Shown here: in pieces, positions 25,552-33,592 of the stretch
Layout of the letters: each line of letters begins with the position of its first letter
Position numbering within the stretch: the first letter of the stretch is position 1
Assembly (NCBI GenBank): GCA_943359475.1
Contig: CALRHK010000001.1
Coordinates: forward strand, 1-53,370
Direction of reading: 5' to 3'
Length of the DNA: 53,370 nt
Source of the DNA: Candidatus Nomurabacteria bacterium
GTDB lineage: Bacteria > Patescibacteriota > Minisyncoccia > Phycocordibacterales > UBA9973
The notes under the pieces: generated by a model
Seen by the model: only the letters and a program-made list of their open reading frames with translations
The model's database searches: none
What the model was told of the DNA's origin: nothing
Made by a program: the position numbers and the translations under genes

Positions 25552-28113
25552 ATGAGCACACACATTAAACGCATTCTTAAGCTCAGCGCCGGAATCTTTG
25601 TTGGAGTAGCTCTGTTTTTTGTTGCACATACTGCACACGCAGGTGTAAACGATAATGTATCTGGGTGGATTTGGTCTGATACTGTGGGATGGATTAGCCT
25701 TAACTGTACCAATACAAATACGTGTGGAGCCGTAGACTACGGGGTTAAAACTACTGCGGGCACTTTTTCGGGCTATGCATGGAGTTCAAATGTTGGCTGG
25801 ATTAGCTTTAATGTAGCAGACATTGCTGGGTGTCCAGGAAGTTGTACAGCAGCACGGCTTACTAATGGAGTATATGGTCCCATAACTGGTTGGGCACGAA
25901 TAGTAAGTGGGATGGATTGCCCTGGTCCAAGTTGTGCGTCTGGTATTGATGATGGTTTTGATGGTTATATAAGTCTCAGTGGTACGACATACCCTACCCC
26001 AGTAAACAATGGGACAGGCGGAGCAACAAAACCTCAAGATACTAATACAATAGTTGGTTATGCGTGGAGTAGTGATATTGGTTGGATACATCTCAACCCA
26101 AACTTTGGTGGCGCGATAATCGTTAATCTTACTCCACCGCTCGTTGATATGCGTGCTGGAGATAGCCCTGCAAATATATGGGGTGTCACGCATGGTAATA
26201 TTTTCAATTCTTCCTTTGATGTTGGACCTGGTCAATCTGCGACACTTTCGTGGACGGTAAACAGTGCAACCACCTGTACTGCATCAGCAACACCTGCAGA
26301 CCCAGCGTGGAGCGGCACGGTTTCATTTAGTGCAAGTACTCCAACAAGTCTTCAGGTTTCACCAACGCTTACGACACAATATCGACTTGATTGTACTGGT
26401 CCGAGCGGAACTGCTACGGGGAGTGTCACTATTAATCGGATAACAAATCCTGCGCTCAATTTTAATGGTGCAACTGAAGCAACTCCTACAAAAAGTATTA
26501 CTTCTGCAGGTGCAAATGCTCCAATGTATTTTGCATGGACAGCCGAGCCACAGTTTACAAGTTGTACAGCAGAAACAAACAAGTATGATAATGCAACCAA
26601 TGCACCACTTGGTGGTATTGCAACAACTCCGTCATGGAGCGGTATTAACACACTACCAAGTGGAACAGCACTTCGACCACATGGAACACTCACAATGCTC
26701 TTGAATGAATATGGCGCATATTGGTATGAATTTAAATTAACGTGTTCAACAGCATCTGGGTATACTGCAACTCGCTCATTCGTCGTGAATCACAATCTCA
26801 CCAGTGGTCCATTGAAGCCATTTCTCTCACCACTCACATCAAGTGCGACAACAGTTGCGCCGAATACAGATGTCTACATACATATCAATGCGCAGGCAGG
26901 ACAATGTATACCTACGCAGACTCCAGCCCCTAGTGCAGGAGGTCCTACAGGATGGCTTGGTATACAGCCACTCGTGAATCCCGGATGGCTCATCAATGAT
27001 TATGTACTTGTGCATATTGGCAGTCAGACCACATCGCTCACGCTTACTTGTATTGGTCCACGAGGGAATACTGATCCACTCGGGACACGAACAATTACGA
27101 TTACTGTCGTAAATACTGCAGCTCCTACGGTAAGCCTTTCTGCATTTCCTGCGACGGGACTTGCTCCAGGTGGGCAAACAACTCTCACTTATAATTCAAG
27201 TGATGTAACTTCATGTACAACAACCCCAGCTTCAACGCCAGCAGGAAATGGTGCGACGGGTTGGGATGGGGCTTCTCTGTTAGCAAATCAGACTGGTCAA
27301 AAAACGGTAACGATGGGTACTACTGATACAATATTCTATATCGATTGTCTTGGTACTGATGGTGTGACGCACGTACAGGCACAAACAATGGTGACACTTC
27401 AAAAGCACCTTACACTTTCATTTAGTAATAGCGCCTTTTTACCATCAAAGACACTTCCAAATGCAACCACACCTTTTGATATGTATTGGTGGAGTGATGC
27501 GCCACTTTCAAATTGCGTAACAAGTAGCACTCCAAATACATGGTGGACGACGTTCCCAGGACCAATAACAGCAGGTGTTGCACACAAGGCAACTACAGGT
27601 GTAGGACTTCCACACAATGTACCTACGGCTACTGTCTTGGGTATGACATGTCAGGATGCGGGTGGTGCAACAGTGACTGCACAAAATATAAATATAGTAA
27701 TCGATGGACCAACTGCGTCAGTGCAACCAACTGTTTCACTTACTGGACCTGCGTGTATCGCTCCTGGTGATGGTGGTAGTGCTGGTGACGCAACATTAAC
27801 ACTTGCTATCTATGACCCAAGTAGTGTTGTGGGGAGCTGTAGTTTCCTTATTGCGGGTGTGCCATATATTTGGTCAGCAACAGATGTAGACGATATTCGT
27901 GACGGACGCAACGACCATCCATTTTCAGTATCAGTCCCAAATCCACCTAATGGAACAATGACCTTTGGTCCTGTTACGTGTAGTTCGACTGACCCACTCA
28001 TTACTGTTGCACCAACAAATCAAATCACCGTTGGGTATAATGGTACTGCAGCATGGTGTAATCCAACTACGGGCGGAGGAACAAAGGGTGGTTTACAATA
28101 TCAAGAGCGTTAA
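25552..28113 (+). CDS. module A gene 2: 853-aa secreted protein, Trp/Gly-repeat N-domain plus six Cys-bracketed Ig-like modules
   Basis: Signal peptide ending AHTAHA. Repeats GWIWSDTVGWISLNC, GYAWSSNVGWISFN and GYAWSSDIGWIHLN. Then six units of the type SCTAS...W(S/D)G...Y.L.C.G. Confidence 0.85.
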   Translation: MSTHIKRILKLSAGIFVGVALFFVAHTAHAGVNDNVSGWIWSDTVGWISLNCTNTNTCGAVDYGVKTTAGTFSGYAWSSNVGWISFNVADIAGCPGSCTAARLTNGVYGPITGWARIVSGMDCPGPSCASGIDDGFDGYISLSGTTYPTPVNNGTGGATKPQDTNTIVGYAWSSDIGWIHLNPNFGGAIIVNLTPPLVDMRAGDSPANIWGVTHGNIFNSSFDVGPGQSATLSWTVNSATTCTASATPADPAWSGTVSFSASTPTSLQVSPTLTTQYRLDCTGPSGTATGSVTINRITNPALNFNGATEATPTKSITSAGANAPMYFAWTAEPQFTSCTAETNKYDNATNAPLGGIATTPSWSGINTLPSGTALRPHGTLTMLLNEYGAYWYEFKLTCSTASGYTATRSFVVNHNLTSGPLKPFLSPLTSSATTVAPNTDVYIHINAQAGQCIPTQTPAPSAGGPTGWLGIQPLVNPGWLINDYVLVHIGSQTTSLTLTCIGPRGNTDPLGTRTITITVVNTAAPTVSLSAFPATGLAPGGQTTLTYNSSDVTSCTTTPASTPAGNGATGWDGASLLANQTGQKTVTMGTTDTIFYIDCLGTDGVTHVQAQTMVTLQKHLTLSFSNSAFLPSKTLPNATTPFDMYWWSDAPLSNCVTSSTPNTWWTTFPGPITAGVAHKATTGVGLPHNVPTATVLGMTCQDAGGATVTAQNINIVIDGPTASVQPTVSLTGPACIAPGDGGSAGDATLTLAIYDPSSVVGSCSFLIAGVPYIWSATDVDDIRDGRNDHPFSVSVPNPPNGTMTFGPVTCSSTDPLITVAPTNQITVGYNGTAAWCNPTTGGGTKGGLQYQER

Positions 28114-28138
28114 ACATTATTAAATAAGTAATAAACAT

Positions 28139-28534
28139 ATGAAATTTTCACGAGAAGAAATAGTAAAAGCATTTAAGCATGCAGTATTAGTCACCGCATT
28201 CACTCTTAGTTTCACTGCATTTGCAGTATGGAGTGACCCAACAGCGTCTCCACCAGGAAATAACGTAGGCGCACCAATCAACGTTGGTGCAGGTGATCAA
28301 ATGAAAATTGGTGCATTAGGTACAGCAATGTCGAGTCCCGCAGTATTTAATGCAAATGTTGCTGCAGGCGTAAAGCTTATGACTGACGGCAAGGCAGCAT
28401 TTGGTCCGACGGCAGTTTTTGGTGACATGCGTGTTACAGGTGCAGCAGTAACCTTCGACACACTTTCAAATGCGAGCGCTACTCCAAAGCCAGTATGTGT
28501 AAGTCAAACAGGGCAACTCGTACTTTGCCCATAA
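28139..28534 (+). CDS. module A gene 3: 131-aa anchored protein with PPGN...PINVG...Q-K-G motif
   Basis: TM helix AVLVTAFTLSFTAFAV, then WSDPTASPPGNNVGAPINVGAGDQMKIGALG, ending KPVCVSQTGQLVLCP. Confidence 0.75.
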   Translation: MKFSREEIVKAFKHAVLVTAFTLSFTAFAVWSDPTASPPGNNVGAPINVGAGDQMKIGALGTAMSSPAVFNANVAAGVKLMTDGKAAFGPTAVFGDMRVTGAAVTFDTLSNASATPKPVCVSQTGQLVLCP

Positions 28535-28561
28535 ACTCAAATGGTAAAAGTATAGTGATCT

Positions 28562-28591
28562 AAAAAAGAACGCATGCGTGCGTTCTTTTTT
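28562..28591 (+). terminator. rho-independent terminator between module A and module B
   Basis: gaacgca-tgcg-tgcgttc followed by tttttt. Confidence 0.75.
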
Positions 28592-28664
28592 AGATATCCA
28601 CACTCAATACGAAATTTGAATCATAATTTATTTTTTCACGATATAATGAATATAATTATTTAAA

Positions 28665-29015
28665 ATGCTTTTTATGGAACAAAAAAATTTTGCTACAAAA
28701 GATTCTCACCCACGCACTGCGCTATGGCTCGGCCTCATTGTACTTGTTCTTGCGTTGGCGTATGTATTTCTTTTTTATAAAAATGGAATATATAACCCGC
28801 TTTCAAATTCCTCTACCACTACAGCTGGACCAAGCGCAGAAGAGCAACAAAAAGTTTATTCCGCAATAGAGGAAATGTCTGTCCCAACAGGCGCTCCAGC
28901 AAATAAAGAACAAAAGAAAGTATTCGATGCTGTGGTAAATACAAAAACGACCACTACTGGACCAAGCGCAGAAGAGCAACAAAAAGTTTTAAATATAATT
29001 AATACTGGACGATAG
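28665..29015 (+). CDS. module B gene 1: small single-pass membrane protein
   Basis: 116 aa with the TM helix ALWLGLIVLVLALAYVFLF and repeated GPSAEEQQKV(Y/L) and EQKKVFDAV motifs. Its stop lies 1 nt before the next ATG. Confidence 0.7.
   Translation: MLFMEQKNFATKDSHPRTALWLGLIVLVLALAYVFLFYKNGIYNPLSNSSTTTAGPSAEEQQKVYSAIEEMSVPTGAPANKEQKKVFDAVVNTKTTTTGPSAEEQQKVLNIINTGR
28827..28989 (+). repeat. 31-bp perfect direct repeat inside the coding sequence
   Basis: ggaccaagcgcagaagagcaacaaaaagttt occurs at 28827-28857 and 28959-28989, encoding GPSAEEQQKV twice. Confidence 0.9.
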
Positions 29016-29016
29016 T

Positions 29017-30819
29017 ATGAGAATACACAAACTTGCAACATATGTAGTTTCTCTCGCACTCCTCATTGTTGGTGTGTACCTTTATTTTTCAAAACCTGCA
29101 GTACTTTGGGCAGATTCTCCGACGGCAAATGTGCATGGATATATTTGGACTGGCTATGATATGGATGGTAATAGTATTGCGGATGCTGGTTTTGGATGGA
29201 TAAGTATGAATTGTGCCGAGGGTGGTCCTGGTGCAACAAATGTCTGTTCACAAAGTCTCTATGGTGTTGATTTTGATCAAAACTCCGGGCTCCTATCGGG
29301 ACATGCATGGGGTGGAAATGGTCTTGGCTGGCTTTCATTTGATGCGGGAGATGTGGCAGGGTGTCCACTTCTTGATTCTCCAGCGCCAAATAAATGTCAG
29401 GGTCACATCGATGTAGCAACTGGAAAAGTAAGCGGATGGTTCCGTGTGCTTTCAGTACCAAAGACTGGCGACAATGGTAAAAATGGAAATTGGAATGGAT
29501 GGATACATCTATCGGGAGCATTTCATAGTTCACCGGATGCAACTGGAAGCAAGGGTGTTACCTATGTACAAATCGATCCACAAACTTCAAAACTTGTAGG
29601 TTATGCATATGGAAGTACGATCGCTTCTCCTACGTTTGGTACAGAGGAAGTTGGTTGGGTAGCTTTTCAAACTAAATATAGCAACGTAACAATCGTCACT
29701 CAAAATCAAAAGAGAGGTCTCACACTCTCTATTACTGATGGAATTAATACTGCAACAAGTGGCACGAATGCAACACTACTCACTACTTCACCAAATGCAA
29801 CCAATCTTTCGACAAAGTGGACGTCACCTCAATTGGTTAAATACACAGCATGTAAAGCAAGTGCAACCCCAGCAACTGCAAATAATGGAGTTACTGGATG
29901 GAATACAACGACAGTAGTAAGTAATTTGGATTCAAACAATAGTTACACTGCAACTGCTCAAAACATTACTGGTCCTCAAGCCAGCGCGCAGATAGATTAC
30001 ACAATTGAGTGTCTCAATTCGATTACGAATGCTATTGATACAGCGACAGTTTCAGTAAAAGGAGATAAAAATGCTACGCCAACATTTATTTTCCAACTTT
30101 CAAGTGGTTTCTCTTCTGTATCTACAGGTATTGGTGTTCCAAGTACTGCAAGTGACACAATTAATGCAACTATCGGAGCGCCACTTACTCTCGAATGGAG
30201 AAGTCTCAACAATACTGAATATGATCAATGTGTCGCAACGGGGACATGGACCGGTACTGTCACAAGTATTAATAGTGGTAATAGTTATTCTGCAAGTGAC
30301 ACTAGGACCGTACTTGCGACACCACTGCTTCAGCCTTATACAATTAATTGTACGAATACAGTAACCGGTGATACTACTGGACCGCTTACACTCAAAGTAA
30401 TTACAAGCATTGATCCATCGCAACACACAATACTCATGGGGCTTAGTCCTGCATGTGTGACCCCGGGGCAGTCGTTTACGGTTACATGGAGTGATCCTGC
30501 GGGGAGTATGAGTTCATGTCATCCGGTACAAGTTACACCCGAACATCCATCAGGTTGGCTTGAAACACTTCTGTTCTCTATCGGAAATGGACTGCTGCCA
30601 AATGGAAACGTGCCAGGTTTGAGTGTGCCAACGACAAGTTCAAACGGCATTCGTTTCAAAATGGTATGTACGGGTACGGACGGTCTTGATTACCCAGATC
30701 CAAATTCTGCAATTCCTTATTATCGTTCACCAGTACTGCGTGTGGTGCAAAATGCTGCAGACTGTGCAAATCAACCAGGGCAAGGTAGACCAGGAAGAAT
30801 CATTTGGAACGAACACTAA
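29017..30819 (+). CDS. module B gene 2: 600-aa secreted protein, Trp/Gly-repeat N-domain plus three Cys-bracketed Ig-like modules
   Basis: N-terminal anchor or signal VVSLALLIVGVYLYF. Repeats GFGWISMNC, GHAWGGNGLGWLSFD, GWIHLS and EEVGWVAFQ. Then three Cys-pair modules. Confidence 0.85.
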   Translation: MRIHKLATYVVSLALLIVGVYLYFSKPAVLWADSPTANVHGYIWTGYDMDGNSIADAGFGWISMNCAEGGPGATNVCSQSLYGVDFDQNSGLLSGHAWGGNGLGWLSFDAGDVAGCPLLDSPAPNKCQGHIDVATGKVSGWFRVLSVPKTGDNGKNGNWNGWIHLSGAFHSSPDATGSKGVTYVQIDPQTSKLVGYAYGSTIASPTFGTEEVGWVAFQTKYSNVTIVTQNQKRGLTLSITDGINTATSGTNATLLTTSPNATNLSTKWTSPQLVKYTACKASATPATANNGVTGWNTTTVVSNLDSNNSYTATAQNITGPQASAQIDYTIECLNSITNAIDTATVSVKGDKNATPTFIFQLSSGFSSVSTGIGVPSTASDTINATIGAPLTLEWRSLNNTEYDQCVATGTWTGTVTSINSGNSYSASDTRTVLATPLLQPYTINCTNTVTGDTTGPLTLKVITSIDPSQHTILMGLSPACVTPGQSFTVTWSDPAGSMSSCHPVQVTPEHPSGWLETLLFSIGNGLLPNGNVPGLSVPTTSSNGIRFKMVCTGTDGLDYPDPNSAIPYYRSPVLRVVQNAADCANQPGQGRPGRIIWNEH

Positions 30820-30881
30820 TTAACATCTGTCGAATATTTATAAGGTATAATTAATAATATTAAAATTTAGAAGTCCTCGTT

Positions 30882-32741
30882 ATGAAAAATATTTTTGCAA
30901 CAATTAAAATAGTGACTCTCGGACTCGTGCTTGCAATTGGCGTGAGTTATGTGAGTGCGGCCGGAGGGTGGGCTGGTCCATCAACAGGTCCGACTGGTGG
31001 CAACATAGAGCCTCCTGTAAATGTAAGTGCAAGCAATCAAGTAAAAAGTGGTACCTTTGGTGTTGGCCCAACGCTCAATCTCTCGGGTGCTATGGACGGC
31101 ATACTTGCCGCACAGCGATCAATACTTAGTTTCGGTAGTATAATTGCTGCTGGGACTTCTAATGTTGGAGGAAACATCTATGCAGGTCTTCCTTCACTTA
31201 CTGGAAACTATAGTGGTGTACATAACAATGGTGCGATTTCTGCTGACTGGTTCTGTCTCCCTGCTGCAGGGGGTGGCTGTATTAATTCATGGTCAGGTGT
31301 TGGTGGTTCAGGAGCAATGCCAACAGGAACTATTACACAAACTCTTCGTCATGATGGTACAAAATGGACTGCCTCAAATGCCCTTTTAAATGATGGTACG
31401 AATCTAATTATAAGTACTGGTGGTCTTCGTGTGGGTAATGCGGGTGGACTCATGCCACCAGCTGGCGGAATTTTGGTAAATGGATTAATAAAAACATCCG
31501 GCAACACAACAGCAACAACAAATGGAGATATTGGTGCGTCACGCTTCTGTTTACCAGGCACAAATCCAAACGGAGGTTGTATTTCAACATGGCCAATTGC
31601 GACCGGTGGAGGAGCACTACCAGCAGGTACGAGTGATCAGACACTTCGTAATACAGGTGGAACAACCTATGTTGCTGATTCGAACCTCAAAAATAATGGA
31701 ACCAATGTTACAATTGGAGGCAATGCGACTTCTTATTCCTATGGCCGTTTGAGTGTAAACAAAGGTCCTGTTTCGGTAGATCTTGCTGGCGGTGTCGGAG
31801 CTCAAGGAACAGATGCACTCATACTTAATGGTGCAACTGGTATTGGTAATGTTGCAGTGGTAACCAATCAACCATTAATTAATTTTTGGAATTCACCTGG
31901 AAACACAAATGCAAATATTGCGGTGCGTGATTTGTATGCATATAACGATGCCCGTGTTTATGGTAATGCATATGTAACAAATACTGTCGGCGCACACGAT
32001 GCAACAATTGTAGATAATGTGACTGCGGGAGGTACCGTACACGCAACAGTACTTGAAGCACTTGATCACGCGCAAATTATCGGTCTTGCCCCTGGTGGTA
32101 ATGTCTGTGCTGACGCCACGGGTGTGCTCTATGTTTGTCCAGCTACTCCGCCACCTGCAGCAGCAACTGGTCAAACTTGTGGGTTGTATAACAATCAACC
32201 AACAACTGGTGATGGAACACATTTCGGATGTCCAAACGGTTCTGCTTTGGTACAAATTTCAGCAAATGGGCAAACAGGTACCTGTCGCTATTACGACCCG
32301 GGTGTAACTACGGGCAGTACTGCAGTCCCAAATAACGGAACGCCATATTGTTATAATCCAGGGAATCTTTTGGCAGGTATCATCATTCTCTCAACAAATG
32401 AATTGCAGTATGGTTGTGCAGGAGATACATATACACTCCGAGGTACCGCTACAAATGCGATTGGATCAGTAACCTACCATTGGTCATATAGTACTGACCC
32501 TGACCCACTTCACGATGGTTTTGCGGGACCAATGTATCTCATTAGTGCCACAAACCAACAAAATTTGAGTTTCCACATGTATCACTACGAGAGAACAGCA
32601 CCTGCTTCATATACACCAGTTGAATATACCTATACCCTCACTATTACAGATAGCGCAGGAAGAACTGCTTCAACCACGTTTGTCACAACACAGACTCGAG
32701 CACCAGCTACAGGTTCAACAGGTCTCCCATGTTTCCAATAA
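30882..32741 (+). CDS. module B gene 3: 619-aa anchored fibre-like protein with the same N-terminal motif
   Basis: TM helix IVTLGLVLAIGVSYV, then GWAGPSTGPTGGNIEPPVNVSASNQVKSGTFGVG. It has two internal ~80-aa repeats (FCLP..GGCI..W...LP.GT..QTLR), VCADATGVLYVCP, and a PKD-like C-terminus. Confidence 0.85.
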   Translation: MKNIFATIKIVTLGLVLAIGVSYVSAAGGWAGPSTGPTGGNIEPPVNVSASNQVKSGTFGVGPTLNLSGAMDGILAAQRSILSFGSIIAAGTSNVGGNIYAGLPSLTGNYSGVHNNGAISADWFCLPAAGGGCINSWSGVGGSGAMPTGTITQTLRHDGTKWTASNALLNDGTNLIISTGGLRVGNAGGLMPPAGGILVNGLIKTSGNTTATTNGDIGASRFCLPGTNPNGGCISTWPIATGGGALPAGTSDQTLRNTGGTTYVADSNLKNNGTNVTIGGNATSYSYGRLSVNKGPVSVDLAGGVGAQGTDALILNGATGIGNVAVVTNQPLINFWNSPGNTNANIAVRDLYAYNDARVYGNAYVTNTVGAHDATIVDNVTAGGTVHATVLEALDHAQIIGLAPGGNVCADATGVLYVCPATPPPAAATGQTCGLYNNQPTTGDGTHFGCPNGSALVQISANGQTGTCRYYDPGVTTGSTAVPNNGTPYCYNPGNLLAGIIILSTNELQYGCAGDTYTLRGTATNAIGSVTYHWSYSTDPDPLHDGFAGPMYLISATNQQNLSFHMYHYERTAPASYTPVEYTYTLTITDSAGRTASTTFVTTQTRAPATGSTGLPCFQ

Positions 32742-32756
32742 AAGAATAAAGGTAAT

Positions 32757-32787
32757 AAAAAAACACCCCATCGGGGTGTTTTTTTAT
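32757..32787 (+). terminator. rho-independent terminator
   Basis: aaaaacacccc-atc-ggggtgttttttt. Confidence 0.75.
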
Positions 32788-32827
32788 TACCTTTCAATTA
32801 TTACCACCTAAGAGTAAAATGAGGAGT

Positions 32828-33592
32828 ATGAAAAATAGCTACATTATTGCAAATTGGAAAATGAATCCAAACACACTGCGTGAAGCCGGAAATCTTGTTG
32901 CTGGTATTGCAAAAAATATTCGCATAATTAAAAATGCCACAGTAGTCATAGCTCCACCAAGTATCTATCTGTATCCACTACAAAATAAAGTAGGAAAAAA
33001 AATAAAACTTGCTGCACAAGATTGTCACTTTGAAAGTGATGGTGCTCATACAGGGGAACTTTCTCCACGAATGCTAAAAAATGCTGGTGTTGCATACGTC
33101 ATACTTGGGCATTCTGAACAGCGCACAGCAGGAGAAACTAGCGCAGAGGTAAATGAGAAGATAAAAGCGGTATTAAAAGTTGGTTTGATACCCATTGTTT
33201 GTATTGGTGAAACAAAGCGCGACACTGAGCACCAGTATCTCAGTTTTCTGGAAACCCAAGTAAAAGAAACATTCAGCGGAATACCGCTCGCATCTTTTTC
33301 AAAAATATTTATTGCGTATGAACCACTCTGGGCAATTGGTGTAGAGGCGAATCGTGAGGCAACACCAGAGGAATCAATCGAGATGGTGATCTTTATCAAA
33401 CGAGTACTCGCAGATATGTATACAACAAAAGTTGCTGAGTCGATTAGGTTTCTGTACGGTGGTTCTGTGCATCCAGAAAATGCACACCTTTTTTTGATTC
33501 ATGGTGGTGTGCACGGTTTATTGGTAGGTAGAGATAGTCTCAATCTTAAAAAATTTACAAAAATAATCGAAATTACGAATGGACTCAATTAA
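32828..33592 (+). CDS. tpiA: triosephosphate isomerase
   Basis: IIANWKMN, ILGHSEQR and AYEPLWAIG motifs. An alternative ATG lies at 32819. Confidence 0.92.
   Translation: MKNSYIIANWKMNPNTLREAGNLVAGIAKNIRIIKNATVVIAPPSIYLYPLQNKVGKKIKLAAQDCHFESDGAHTGELSPRMLKNAGVAYVILGHSEQRTAGETSAEVNEKIKAVLKVGLIPIVCIGETKRDTEHQYLSFLETQVKETFSGIPLASFSKIFIAYEPLWAIGVEANREATPEESIEMVIFIKRVLADMYTTKVAESIRFLYGGSVHPENAHLFLIHGGVHGLLVGRDSLNLKKFTKIIEITNGLN

Noticed and set aside
28139-28534. Type IV pilin or pseudopilin reading of the 131-aa and 619-aa anchored proteins
   Set aside because: There is no prepilin peptidase motif (G followed by F/M-T-L-x-E) before the hydrophobic helix, and no pilB, pilC, pilM-Q or pilD genes nearby.
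2781-28602. Scattered DnaA-box-like 9-mers (2787 region, 11821, 25142, 28594) as evidence for oriC
   Set aside because: They are isolated single or double boxes rather than a cluster. There is no dnaA or dnaN, and about 0.4 perfect boxes are expected by chance in a window of this size. They are kept only as low-interest notes.
28827-28989. Possible CRISPR-like or other non-coding tandem repeat
   Set aside because: There are only two copies, they are in frame, and they encode the same peptide (GPSAEEQQKV) within a clear ORF. No CRISPR array exists anywhere in the window.
25552-30819. Sortase-anchored (LPXTG) or S-layer-homology explanation for the giant proteins
   Set aside because: The C-termini (GGLQYQER; GRIIWNEH) have no LPXTG motif, hydrophobic tail or basic tail, and I see no SLH repeats.
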